From Auanema rhodensis (taxonomy: Eukaryota; Animalia; Nematoda), in contig OZ059898.1 of NCBI GenBank assembly GCA_964057225.1, positions 19,096,001 through 19,160,000 on the forward strand: a stretch of DNA of 64,000 nucleotides, read 5' to 3'. Positions within the stretch are counted from its first letter, which is position 1. The number at the start of each line of letters is the position of its first letter. Shown here one piece after another: positions 41,300 to 56,200 of this stretch. The notes under the pieces are model-generated. The model did no database searches and was not told the DNA's origin. It saw only the letters and a list, made by a program, of their open reading frames with translations. The position numbers and the translations under genes are program-made.

Positions 41300-44200
41300 G
41301 ATATAAGTTCACACTTATATCCTCGATTTTCACCCTGAAGATTTAATTTTTTCGTTGAATAACATTGTCCATCGTCTTTGCCTTGAAAAAAGAAATCTAA
41401 AAACATCTAATTTTTGCTAAATTATTTTGAAATTTTTCGAAAAAATTTTTGTCAAAATGTTTTTGGAAGCAATGTTGAGTGTACATGGAAACTCAACATA
41501 CACTAATGCATCATTTTTCAAACGATCATAACTAATTTTTGTATTGAGCGTTTCTCAATGTAGTATAGTGCATTCGATGCGCATTTTTAAGCTGCGTCGA
41601 TCTGTGTTATCAGATTTGCGCTAGCTTAAAAATGCACCGAGATATCAACTGATATAAGTTCACACTTATATCCTCGATTTTCACCCTGAAGATTTAATTT
41701 TTTCGTTGAATAACATTGTCCATCGTCTTTGCCTTGAAAAAAGAAATCTAAAAACATCTACTTTTTGCTAAATTATTTTGAAATTTTTCGAAAAAATTTT
41801 TGTCAAAATGTTTTTGGAAGCAATGTTGAGTGTACATGGAAACTCAACATACACTAATGCATCATTTTTCAAACGATCATAACTAATTTTTGTATTACGC
41901 GTTTCTCAATGTAGTATAGTGCATTCGATGCGCATTTTTAAGCTGCGTCGATCTGTGTTATCAGATTTGCGCTAGCTTAAAAATGCACCGAGATATCAAC
42001 TGATATAAGTTCACACTTATATCCTCGATTTTCACCCTGAAGAAATAATTTTTTCGTTGAATAACATTGTCCATCGTCTTTGCCTTGAAAAAAGGAATCT
42101 AAAAACATCTACTTTTTGCTAAATTATTTTGAAATTTTTCGAAAAAATTTTTGTCAAAATGTTTTTGGAAGCAATGTTGAGTGTACATGGAAACTCAACA
42201 TACACTAATGCATCATTTTTCAAACGATCATAACTAATTTTTGTATTAAGCGTTTCTCAATGTAGTATAGTGCATTCGATGCGGATTTTTAAGCTGCGTC
42301 GATCTGTGCTATCAGATTTGCGCTAGCTTAAAAATGCACCGAGATATCAACTGATATAAGTTCACACTTATATCCTCGATTTTCACCCTGAAGATTTAAT
42401 TTTTTCGTTGAATAACATTGTCCATCGTCTTTGCCTTGAAAAAAGAAATCTAAAAACATCTAATTTTTGCTAAATTATTTTGAAATTTTTCGAAAAAATT
42501 TTTGTCAAAATGTTTTTGGAAGCAATGTTGAGTGTACATGGAAACTCAACATACACTAATGCATCATTTTTCAAACGATCATAACTAATTTTTGTATTGA
42601 GCGTTTCTCAATGTAGTATAGTGCATTCGATGCGCATTTTTAAGCTGCGTCGATCTGTGTTATCAGATTTGCGCTAGCTTAAAAATGCACCGAGATATCA
42701 ACTGATATAAGTTCACACTTATATCCTCGATTTTCACCCTGAAGATTTAATTTTTTCGTTGAATAACATTGTCCATCGTCTTTGCCTTGAAAAAAGAAAT
42801 CTAAAAACATCTACTTTTTGCTAAATTATTTTGAAATTTTTCGAAAAAATTTTTGTCAAAATGTTTTTGGAAGCAATGTTGAGTGTACATGGAAACTCAA
42901 CATACACTAATGCATCATTTTTCAAACGATCATAACTAATTTTTGTATTACGCGTTTCTCAATGTAGTATAGTGCATTCGATGCGGATTTTTAAGCTGCG
43001 TCGATCTGTGCTATCAGATTTGCGCTAGCTTAAAAATGCACCGAGATATCAACTGATATAAGTTCACACTTATATCCTCGATTTTCACCCTGAAGATTTA
43101 ATTTTTTCGTTGAATAACATTGTCCATCGTCTTTGCCTTGAAAAAAGAAATCTAAAAACATCTAATTTTTGCTAAATTATTTTGAAATTTTTCGAAAAAA
43201 TTTTTGTCAAAATGTTTTTGGAAGCAATGTTGAGTGTACATGGAAACTCAACATACACTAATGCATCATTTTTCAAACGATCATAACTAATTTTTGTATT
43301 ACGCGTTTCTCAATGTAGTATAGTGCATTCGATGCGGATTTTTAAGCTGCGTCGATCTGTGCTATCAGATTTGCGCTAGCTTAAAAATGCACCGAGATAT
43401 CAACTGATATAAGTTCACACTTATATCCTCGATTTTCACCCTGAAGATTTAATTTTTTCGTTGAATAACATTGTCCATCGTCTTTGCCTTGAAAAAAGAA
43501 ATCTAAAAACATCTAATTTTTGCTAAATTATTTTGAAATTTTTCGAAAAAATTTTTGTCAAAATGTTTTTGGAAGCAATGTTGAGTGTACATGGAAACTC
43601 AACATACACTAATGCATCATTTTTCAAACGATCATAACTAATTTTTGTATTGAGCGTTTCTCAATGTAGTATAGTGCATTCGATGCGCATTTTTAAGCTG
43701 CGTCGATCTGTGTTATCAGATTTGCGCTAGCTTAAAAATGCACCGAGATATCAACTGATATAAGTTCACACTTATATCCTCGATTTTCACCCTGAAGATT
43801 TAATTTTTTCGTTGAATAACATTGTCCATCGTCTTTGCCTTGAAAAAAGAAATCTAAAAACATCTACTTTTTGCTAAATTATTTTGAAATTTTTCGAAAA
43901 AATTTTTGTCAAAATGTTTTTGGAAGCAATGTTGAGTGTACATGGAAACTCAACATACACTAATGCATCATTTTTCAAACGATCATAACTAATTTTTGTA
44001 TTACGCGTTTCTCAATGTAGTATAGTGCATTCGATGCGCATTTTTAAGCTGCGTCGATCTGTGTTATCAGATTTGCGCTAGCTTAAAAATGCACCGAGAT
44101 ATCAACTGATATAAGTTCACACATATATCCTCGATTTTCACCCTGAAGATTTAATTTTTTCGTTGAATAACATTGTCCATCGTCTTTGCCTTGAAAAAAG
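41300..44200. repeat. 3-monomer (1053-bp) higher-order repeat, about 3 imperfect copies
   Basis: gtattGagcg at 41546, 42599 and 43652; tgtgCtatc at 42309/43362, with an extra copy at 43011. Confidence 0.8.
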
Positions 44201-47200
44201 AAATCTAAAAACATCTACTTTTTGCTAAATTATTTTGAAATTTTTCGAAAAAATTTTTGTCAAAATGTTTTTGGAAGCAATGTTGAGTGTACATGGAAAC
44301 TCAACATACACTAATGCATCATTTTTCAAACGATCATAACTAATTTTTGTATTAAGCGTTTCTCAATGTAGTATAGTGCATTCGATGCGGATTTTTAAGC
44401 TGCGTCGATCTGTGTTATCAGATTTGCGCTAGCTTAAAAATGCACCGAGATATCAACTGATATAAGTTCACACTTATATCCTCGATTTTCACCCTGAAGA
44501 AATAATTTTTTCGTTGAATAACATTGTCCATCGTCTTTGCCTTGAAAAAAGGAATCTAAAAACATCTACTTTTTGCTAAATTATTTTGAAATTTTTCGAA
44601 AAAATTTTTGTCAAAATGTTTTTGGAAGCAATGTTGAGTGTACATGGAAACTCAACATACACTAATGCATCATTTTTCAAACGATCATAACTAATTTTTG
44701 TATTAAGCGTTTCTCAATGTAGTATAGTGCATTCGATGCGGATTTTTAAGCTGCGTCGATCTGTGTTATCAGATTTGCGCTAGCTTAAAAATGCACCGAG
44801 ATATCAACTGATATAAGTTCACACTTATATCCTCGATTTTCACCCTGAAGATTTAATTTTTTCGTTGAATAACATTGTCCATCGTCTTTGCCTTGAAAAA
44901 AGAAATCTAAAAACATCTACTTTTTGCTAAATTATTTTGAAATTTTTCGAAAAAATTTTTGTCAAAATGTTTTTGGAAGCAATGTTGAGTGTACATGGAA
45001 ACTCAACATACACTAATGCACCATTTTTCAAACGATCATAACTAATTTTTGTATTAAGCGTTTCTCAATGTAGTATAGTGCATTCGATGCGCATTTTTAA
45101 GCTGCGTCGATCTGTGTTATCAGATTTGCGCTAGCTTAAAAATGCACCGAGATATCAACTGATATAAGTTCACACTTATATCCTCGATTTTCACCCTGAA
45201 GAAATAATTTTTTCGTTGAATAACATTGTCCATCGTCTTTGCCTTGAAAAAAGGAATCTAAAAACATCTACTTTTTGCTAAATTATTTTGAAATTTTCCG
45301 AAAAAATTTTTGTCAAAATGTTTTTGGAAGCAATGTTGAGTGTACATGGAAACTCAACATACACTAATGCATCATTTTTCAAACGATCATAACTAATTTT
45401 TGTATTAAGCGTTTCTCAATGTAGTATAGTGCATTCGATGCGGATTTTTAAGCTGCGTCGATCTGTGTTATCAGATTTGCGCTAGCTTAAAAATGCACCG
45501 AGATATCAACTGATATAAGTTCACACTTATATCCTCGATTTTCACCCTGAAGATTTAATTTTTTCGTTGAATAACATTGTCCATCGTCTTTGCCTTGAAA
45601 AAAGAAATCTAAAAACATCTACTTTTTGCTAAATTATTTTGAAATTTTTCGAAAAAATTTTTGTCAAAATGTTTTTGGAAGCAATGTTGAGTGTACATGG
45701 AAACTCAACATACACTAATGCACCATTTTTCAAACGATCATAACTAATTTTTGTATTAAGCGTTTCTCAATGTAGTATAGTGCATTCGATGCGCATTTTT
45801 AAGCTGCGTCGATCTGTGTTATCAGATTTGCGCTAGCTTAAAAATGCACCGAGATATCAACTGATATAAGTTCACACTTATATCCTCGATTTTCACCCTG
45901 AAGATTTAATTTTTTCGTTGAATAACATTGTCCATCGTCTTTGCCTTGAAAAAAGAAATCTAAAAACATCTACTTTTTGCTAAATTATTTTGAAATTTTT
46001 CGAAAAAATTTTTGTCAAAATGTTTTTGGAAGCAATGTTGAGTGTACATGGAAACTCAACATACACTAATGCACCATTTTTCAAACGATCATAACTAATT
46101 TTTGTATTAAGCGTTTCTCAATGTAGTATAGTGCATTCGATGCGCATTTTTAAGCTGCGTCGATCTGTGTTATCAGATTTGCGCTAGCTTAAAAATGCAC
46201 CGAGATATCAACTGATATAAGTTCACACTTATATCCTCGATTTTCACCCTGAAGAAATAATTTTTTCGTTGAATAACATTGTCCATCGTCTTTGCCTTGA
46301 AAAAAGGAATCTAAAAACATCTACTTTTTGCTAAATTATTTTGAAATTTTTCGAAAAAATTTTTGTCAAAATGTTTTTGGAAGCAATGTTGAGTGTACAT
46401 GGAAACTCAACATACACTAATGCATCATTTTTCAAACGATCATAACTAATTTTTGTATTACGCGTTTCTCAATGTAGTATAGTGCATTCGATGCGGATTT
46501 TTAAGCTGCGTCGATCTGTGTTATCAGATTTGCGCTAGCTTAAAAATGCACCGAGATATCAACTGATATAAGTTCACACTTATATCCTCGATTTTCACCC
46601 TGAAGATTTAAATTTTTCGTTGAATAACATTGTCCATCGTCTTTGCCTTGAAAAAAGGAATCTAAAAACATCTACTTTTTGCTAAATTATTTTGAAATTT
46701 TTCGAAAAAATTTTTGTCAAAATGTTTTTGGAAGCAATGTTGAGTGTACATGGAAACTCAACATACACTAATGCATCATTTTTCAAACGATCATAACTAA
46801 TTTTTGTATTAAGCGTTTCTCAATGTAGTATAGTGCATTCGATGCGGATTTTTAAGCTGCGTCGATCTGTGTTATCAGATTTGCGCTAGCTTAAAAATGC
46901 ACCGAGATATCAACTGATATAAGTTCACACTTATATTCTCGATTTTCACCCTGAAGAATTAATTTTTTCGTTGAATAACATTGTCCATCGTCTTTGCCTT
47001 GAAAAAAGAAATCTAAAAACATTTACTTTTTGCTAAATTATTCTGAAATTTTTCGAAAAAATTTTTGTCAAAATGTTTTTGGAAGCAATGTTGAGTGTAC
47101 ATGGAAACTCAACATACACTAATGCATCATTTTTCAAACGATCATAACTAATTTTTGTATTAAGCGTTTCTCAATGTAGTATAGTGCATTCGATGTGGAT

Positions 47201-50200
47201 TTTTAAGCTGCGTCGATCTGTGTTATCAGATTTGCGCTAGCTTAAAAATGCACCGAGATATCAACTGATATAAGTTCACACTTATATCCTCGATTTTCAC
47301 CCTGAAGATTTAAATTTTTCGTTGAATAACATTGTCCATCGTCTTTGCCTTGAAAAAAGGAATCTAAAAACATCTACTTTTTGCTAAATTATTCTGAAAT
47401 TTTTCGAAAAAATTTTTGTCAAAATGTTTTTGGAAGCAATGTTGAGTGTACATGGAAACTCAACATACACTAATGCATCATTTTTCAAACGATCATAACT
47501 AATTTTTGTATTAAGCGTTTCTCAATGTAGTATAGTGCATTCGATGCGGATTTTTAAGCTGCGTCGATCTGTGTTATCAGATTTGCGCTAGCTTAAAAAT
47601 GCACCGAGACATCAACTGATATAAGTTCACACTTATATCCTCGATTTTCACCCTGAAGAAATAATTTTTTCGTTGAATAACATTGTCCATCGTCTTTGCC
47701 TTGAAAAAAGAAATCTAAAAACATCTACTTTTTGCTAAATTATTCTGAAATTTTTCGAAAAAATTTTTGTCAAAATGTTTTTGGAAGCAATGTTGAGTGT
47801 ACATGGAAACTCAACATACACTAAAGCATCATTTTTCAAACGATCATAACTAATTTTTGTATTTGTATGCGTTTCTCAATGTAGTATAGTGCATTCGATG
47901 CGGATTTTTAAGCTGCGTCGATCTGTGTTATCAGATTTGCGCTAGCTTAAAAATGCACCGAGATATCAACTGATATAAGTTCACACTTATATCCTCGATT
48001 TTCACCCTGAAGATTTAATTTTTTCGTTGAATAACTTTGTCCATCGTCTTTGTCTTGAAAAACTAAATCTAAAAACATCTACTTTTTGCTAAATTATTTT
48101 GAAATTTTTCGAAAAAATTTTTGTCAAAATGTTTTTGGAAGCAATGTTGAGTGTACATGGAAACTCAACATACACTAATGCACCATTTTTCAAACGATCA
48201 TAACTAATTTTTGTATTAAGCGTTTCTCAATGTAGTATAGTGCATTCGATGCGCATTTTTAAGCTGCGTCGATCTGTGTTATCAGATTTGCGCTAGCTTA
48301 AAAATGCACCGAGATATCAACTGATATAAGTTCACACATATATCCTCGATTTTCACCCTGAAGAAATAATTTTTTCGTTGAATAACATTGTCCATCGTCT
48401 TTGCCTTGAAAAAAGGAATCTAAAAACATCTAATTTTTGCTAAATTATTTTGAAATTTTTCGAAAAAATTTTTGTCAAAATGTTTTTGGAAGCAATGTTG
48501 AGTGTACATGGAAACTCAACATACACTAATGCATCATTTTTCAAACGATCATAACTAATTTTTGTATTAAGCGTTTCTCAATGTAGTATAGTGCATTCGA
48601 TGCGGATTTTTAAGCTGCGTCGATCTGTGTTATCAGATTTGCGCTAGCTTAAAAATGCACCGAGACATCAACTGATATAAGTTCACACTTATATCCTCGA
48701 TTTTCACCCTGAAGAAATAATTTTTTCGTTGAATAACATTGTCCATCGTCTTTGCCTTGAAAAAAGAAATCTAAAAACATCTACTTTTTGCTAAATTATT
48801 CTGAAATTTTTCGAAAAAATTTTTGTCAAAATGTTTTTGGAAGCAATGTTGAGTGTACATGGAAACTCAACATACACTAATGCATCATTTTTCAAACGAT
48901 CATAACTAATTTTTGTATTAAGCGTTTCTCAATGTAGTATAGTGCATTCGATGCGGATTTTTAAGCTGCGTCGATCTGTGTTATCAGATTTGCGCTAGCT
49001 TAAAAATGCACCGAGATATCAACTGATATAAGTTCACACTTATATCCTCGATTTTCACCCTGAAGAATTAATTTTTTCGTTGAATAACAATGTCCATCGT
49101 CTTTGCCTTGAAAAAAGGAATCTAAAAACATCTAATTTTTGCTAAATTATTTTGAAATTTTTCGAAAAAATTTTTGTCAAAATGTTTTTGGAAGCAATGT
49201 TGAGTGTACATGGAAACTCAACATACACTAATGCATCATTTTTCAAACGATCATAACTAATTTTTGTATTAAGCGTTTCTCAATGTAGTATAGTGCATTC
49301 GATGCGGATTGTTAAGCTGCGTCGATCTGTGTTATCAGATTTGCGCTAGCTTAAAAATGCACCGAGATATCAACTGATATAAGTTCACACTTATATCCTC
49401 GATTTTCACCCTGAAGAATTAATTTTTTCGTTGAATAACAATGTCCATCGTCTTTGCCTTGAAAAAAGGAATCTAAAAACATCTAATTTTTGCTAAATTA
49501 TTTTGAAATTTTTCGAAAAAATTTTTGTCAAAATGTTTTTGGAAGCAATGTTGAGTGTACATGGAAACTCAACATACACTAATGCATCATTTTTCAAACG
49601 ATCATAACTAATTTTTGTATTAAGCGTTTCTCAATGTAGTATAGTGCATTCGATGCGCATTTTTAAGCTGCGTCGATCTGTGTTATCAGATTTGCGCTAG
49701 CTTAAAAATGCACCGAGATATCAACTGATATAAGTTCACACTTATATCCTCGATTTTCACCCTGAAGATTTAATTTTTTCGTTGAATAACATTGTCCATC
49801 GTCTTTGCCTTGAAAAAAGAAATCTAAAAACATCTACTTTTTGCTAAATTATTCTGAAATTTTTCGAAAAAATTTTTGTCAAAATGTTTTTGGAAGCAAT
49901 GTTGAGTGTACATGTAAACTCAACATACACTAATGCATCATTTTTCAAACGATCATAACTAATTTTTGTATTAAGCGTTTCTCAATGTAGTATAGTGCAT
50001 TCGATGCGGATTTTTAAGCTGCGTCGATCTGTGTTATCAGATTTGCGCTAGCTTAAAAATGCACCGAGATATCAACTGATATAAGTTCACACTTATATCC
50101 TCGATTTTCACCCTGAAGAAATAATTTTTTCGTTGAATAACATTGTCCATCGTCTTTGCCTTGAAAAAAGAAATCTAAAAACATCTACTTTTTGCTAAAT

Positions 50201-53200
50201 TATTCTGAAATTTTTCGAAAAAATTTTTGTCAAAATGTGTTTGGAAGCAATGTTGAGTGTACATGGAAACTCAACATACACTAATGCATCATTTTTCAAA
50301 CGATCATAACTAATTTTTGTATTAAGCGTTTCTCAATGTAGTATAGTGCATTCGATGCGGATTGTTAAGCTGCGTCGATCTGTGTTATCAGATTTGCGCT
50401 AGCTTAAAAATGCACCGAGATATCAACTGATATAAGTTCACACTTATATCCTCGATTTTCACCCTGAAGAATTAATTTTTTCGTTGAATAACATTGTCCA
50501 TCGTCTTTGTCTTGAAAAACTAAATCTAAAAACATCTACTTTCTGCTAAATTATTTTGAAATTTTTCGAAAAAATTTTTGTCAAAATGTTTTTGGAAGCA
50601 ATGTTGAGTGTACATGGAAACTCAACATACACTAATGCACCATTTTTCAAACGATCATAACTAATTTTTGTATTAAGCGTTTCTCAATGTAGTATAGTGC
50701 ATTCGATGCGCATTTTTAAGCTGCGTCGATCTGTGTTATCAGATTTGCGCTAGCTTAAAAATGCACCGAGATATCAACTGATATAAGTTCACACTTATAT
50801 CCTCGATTTTCACCCTGAAGAAATAATTTTTTCGTTGAATAACATTGTCCATCGTCTTTGCCTTGAAAAAAGGAATCTAAAAACATCTACTTTTTGCTAA
50901 ATTATTTTGAAATTTTTCGAAAAAATTTTTGTCAAAATGTTTTTGGAAGCAATGTTGAGTGTACATGAAAACTCAACATACACTAATGCATCATTTTTCA
51001 AACGATCATAACTAATTTTTGTATTACGCGTTTCTCAATGTAGTATAGTGCATTCGATGCGGATTTTTAAGCTGCGTCGATCTGTGTTATCAGATTTGCG
51101 CTAGCTTAAAAATGCACCGAGATATCAACTGATATAAGTTCACACTTATATCCTCGATTTTCACCCTGAAGATTTAAATTTTTCGTTGAATAACATTGTC
51201 CATCGTCTTTGCCTTGAAAAAAGGAATCTAAAAACATTTACTTTTTGCTAAATTATTCTGAAATTTTTCGAAAAAATTTTTGTCAAAATGTTTTTGGAAG
51301 CAATGTTGAGTGTACATGGAAACTCAACATACACTAATGCACCATTTTTCAAACGATCATAACTAATTTTTGTATTAAGCGTTTTTCAATGTAGTATAGT
51401 GCATTCGATGCGGATTTTTAAGCTGCGTCGATCTGTGTTATCAGATTTGCGCTAGCTTAAAAATGCACCGAGATATCAACTGATATAAGTTCACACTTAT
51501 ATCCTCGATTTTCACCCTGAAGAATTAATTTTTTCGTTGAATAACAATGTCCATCGTCTTTGCCTTGAAAAACTAAATCTGAAAACATCTACTTTTTGCT
51601 AAATTATTTTGAAATTTTTCGAAAAAATTTTTGTCAAAATGTTTTTGGAAGCAATGTTGAGTGTACATGGAAACTCAACATACACTAATGCATCATTTTT
51701 CAAACGATCATAACTAATTTTTGTATTAAGCGTTTCTCAATGTAGTATAGTGCATTCGATGCGGATTTTTAAGCTGCGTCGATCTGTGTTATCAGATTTG
51801 CGCTAGCTTAAAAATGCACCGAGATATCAACTGATATAAGTTCACACTTATATCCTCGATTTTCACCCTGAAGAATTAATTTTTTTGTTGAATAACATTG
51901 TCCATCGTCTTTGCCTTGGAAAAAGGAATCTAAAAACATCTACTTTTTGCTAAATTATTTTGAAATTTTTCGAAAAAATTTTTGTCAAAATGTTTTTGGA
52001 AGCAATGTTGAGTGTACATGGAAACTCAACATACACTAATGCATTATTTTTCAAACGATCATAACTAATTTTTGAATTAAGCGTTTCTCAATGTAGTATA
52101 GTGCATTCGATGCGGATTTTTAAGCTGCGTCGATCTGTGTTATCAGATTTGCGCTAGCTTAAAAATGCACCGAGATATCAACTGATATAAGTTCACACTT
52201 ATATTCTCGATTTTCACCCTGAAGAATTAATTTTTTCGTTGAATAACATTGTCCATCGTCTTTGCCTTGAAAAAAGGAATCTAAAAACATTTACTTTTTG
52301 CTAAATTATTCTGAAATTTTTCGAAAAAATTTTTGTCAAAATGTTTTTGGAAGCAATGTTGAGTGTACATGGAAACTCAACATACACTAATGCATCATTT
52401 TTCAAACGATCATAACTAATTTTTGTATTAAGCGTTTCTCAATGTAGTATAGTGCATTCGATGCGGATTTTTAAGCTGCGTCGATCTGTGTTATCAGATT
52501 TGCGCTAGCTTAAAAATGCACCGAGACATCAACTGATATAAGTTCACACTTATATCCTCGATTTTCACCCTGAAGAAATAATTTTTTCGTTGAATAACAT
52601 TGTCCATCGTCTTTGCCTTGAAAAAAGAAATCTAAAAACATCTACTTTTTGCTGAATTATTTTGAAATTTTTCGAAAAAATTTTTGTCAAAATGTTTTTG
52701 GAAGCAATGTTGAGTGTACATGGAAACTCAACATACACTAATGCATCATTTTTCAAACGATCATAACTAATTTTTGTATTAAGCGTTTCTCAATGTAGTA
52801 TAGTGCATTCGATGCGGATTTTTAAGCTGCGTCGATCTGTGTTATCAGATTTGCGCTAGCTTAAAAATGCACCGAGACATCAACTGATATAAGTTCACAC
52901 TTATATCCTCGATTTTCACCCTGAAGAAATAATTTTTTCGTTGAATAACATTGTCCATCGTCTTTGCCTTGAAAAAAGAAATCTAAAAACATCTACTTTT
53001 TGCTAAATTATTTTGAAATTTTTCGAAAAAATTTTTGTCAAAATGTTTTTGGAAGCAATGTTGAGTGTACATGGAAACTCAACATACACTAATGCACCAT
53101 TTTTCAAACGATCATAACTAATTTTTGTATTACGCGTTTCTCAATGTAGTATAGTGCATTCGATGTGGATTTTTAAGCTGCGTCGATCTGTGTTATCAGA

Positions 53201-56200
53201 TTTGCGCTAGCTTAAAAATGCACCGAGACATCAACTGATATAAGTTCACACTTATATCCTCGATTTTCACCCTGAAGAAATAATTTTTTCGTTGAATAAC
53301 ATTGTCCATCGTCTTTGCCTTGAAAAAAGAAATCTAAAAACATCTACTTTTTGCTGAATTATTTTGAAATTTTTCGAAAAAATTTTTGTCAAAATGTTTT
53401 TGGAAGCAATGTTGAGTGTACATGGAAACTCAACATACACTAATGCATCATTTCTCAAACGATCATAACTAATTTTTGTATTAAGCGTTTCTCAATGTAG
53501 TATAGTGCATTCGATGCGGATTTTTAAGCTGCGTCGATCTGTGTTATCAGATTTGCGCTAGCTTAAAAATGCACCGAGACATCAACTGATATAAGTTCAC
53601 ACTTATATCCTCGATTTTCACCCTGAAGAAATAATTTTTTCGTTGAATAACATTGTCCATCGTCTTTGCCTTGAAAAAAGGAATCTAAAAACATCTACTT
53701 TTTGCTAAATTATTTTGAAATTTTTCGAAAAAATTTTTGTCAAAATGTTTTTGGAAGCAATGTTGAGTGTACATGGAAACTCAACATACACTAATGCATC
53801 ATTTTTCAAACGATCATAACTAATTTTTGTATTAAGCGTTTCTCAATGTAGTATAGTGCATTCGATGCGGATTTTTAAGCTGCGTCGATCTGTGTTATCA
53901 GATTTGCGCTAGCTTAAAAATGCACCGAGACATCAACTGATATAAGTTCACACTTATATCCTCGATTTTCACCCTGAAGAAATAATTTTTTCGTTGAATA
54001 ACATTGTCCATCGTCTTTGCCTTGAAAAAAGGAATCTAAAAACATCTACTTTTTGCTAAATTATTTTGAAATTTTTCGAAAAAATTTTTGTCAAAATGTT
54101 TTTGGAAGCAATGTTGAGTGTACATGGAAACTCAACATACACTAATGCATCATTTTTCAAACGATCATAACTAATTTTTGTATTAAGCGTTTCTCAATGT
54201 AGTATAGTGCATTCGATGCGGATTTTTAAGCTGCGTCGATCTGTGTTATCAGATTTGCGCTAGCTTAAAAATGCACCGAGATATCAACTGATATAAGTTC
54301 ACACTTATATCCTCGATTTTCACCCTGAAGATTTAATTTTTTCGTTGAATAACATTGTCCATCGTCTTTGCCTTGAAAAAAGGAATCTAAAAACATCTAC
54401 TTTTTGCTAAATTATTTTGAAATTTTTCGAAAAAATTTTTGTCAAAATGTTTTTGGAAGCAATGTTGAGTGTACATGGAAACTCAACATACACTAATGCA
54501 CCATTTTTCAAACGATCATAACTAATTTTTGTATTAAGCGTTTCTCAATGTAGTATAGTGCATTCGATGCGGATTTTTAAGCTGCGTCGATCTGTGTTAT
54601 CAGATTTGCGCTAGCTTAAAAATGCACCGAGATATCAACTGATATAAGTTCACACTTATATCCTCGATTTTCACCCTGAAGAAATAATTTTTTCGTTGAA
54701 TAACATTGTCCATCGTCTTTGCCTTGAAAAAAGGAATCTAAAAACATCTACTTTTTGCTAAATTATTTTGAAATTTTTCGAAAAAATTTTTGTCAAAATG
54801 TTTTTGGAAGCAATGTTGAGTGTACATGGAAACTCAACATACACTAATGCATCATTTTTCAAACGATCATAACTAATTTTTGTATTAAGCGTTTCTCAAT
54901 GTAGTATAGTGCATTCGATGCGGATTTTTAAGCTGCGTCGATCTGTGTTATCAGATTTGCGCTAGCTTAAAAATGCACCGAGATATCAACTGATATAAGT
55001 TCACACTTATATCCTCGATTTTCACCCTGAAGATTTAATTTTTTCGTTGAATAACATTGTCCATTGTCTTTGCCTTGAAAAAAGGAATCTAAAAACATCT
55101 ACTTTTTGCTAAATTATTTTGAAATTTTTCGAAAAAATTTTTGTCAAAATGTTTTTGGAAGCAATGTTGAGTGTACATGGAAACTCAACATACACTAATG
55201 CATCATTTTTCAAACGATCATAACTAATTTTTGTATTAAGCGTTTCTCAATGTAGTATAGTGCATTCGATGCGGATTTTTAAACTGCGTCGATCTGTGTT
55301 ATCAGATTTGCGCTAGCTTAAAAATGCACCGAGATATCAACTGATATAAGTTCACACTTATATCCTCGATTTTCACCCTGAAGATTTAAATTTTTCCTTG
55401 AATAACATTGTCCATCGTCTTTGCCTTGAAAAAAGGAATCTAAAAACATCTACTTTTTGCTAAATTATTTTGAAATTTTTCGAAAAAATTTTTGTCAAAA
55501 TGTTTTTGGAAGCAATGTTGAGTGTACATGGAAACTCAACATACACTAATGCATCATTTTTCAAACGATCATAACTAATTTTTGTATTAAGCGTTTCTCA
55601 ATGTAGTATAGTGCATTCGATGCGGATTTTTAAGCTGCGTCGATCTGTGTTATCAGATTTGCGCTAGCTTAAAAATGCACCGAGACATCAACTGATATAA
55701 GTTCACACTTATATCCTCGATTTTCACCCTGAAGAATTAATTTTTTCGTTGAATAACATTGTCCATCGTCTTTGCCTTGAAAAAAGAAATCTAAAAACAT
55801 TTACTTTTTGCTAAATTATTCTGAAATTTTTCGAAAAAATTTTTGTCAAAATGTTTTTGGAAGCAATGTTGAGTGTACATGGAAACTCAACATACGCTAA
55901 TGCACCATTTTTCAAACGATCATAACTAATTTTTGTATTAAGCGTTTCTCAATGTAGTATAGTGCATTCGATGCGGATTTTTAAGCTGCGTCGATCTGTG
56001 TTATCAGATTTGCGCTAGCTTAAAAATGCACCGAGATATCAACTGATATAAGTTCACACTTATATCCTCTATTTTCACCCTGAAGAATTAATTTTCTCGT
56101 TGAATAACATTGTCCATCGTCTTTGCCTTGAAAAAAGGAATCTAAAAACATCTACTTTTTGCTGAATTATTTTGAAATTTTTCGAAAAAATTTTTGTCAA

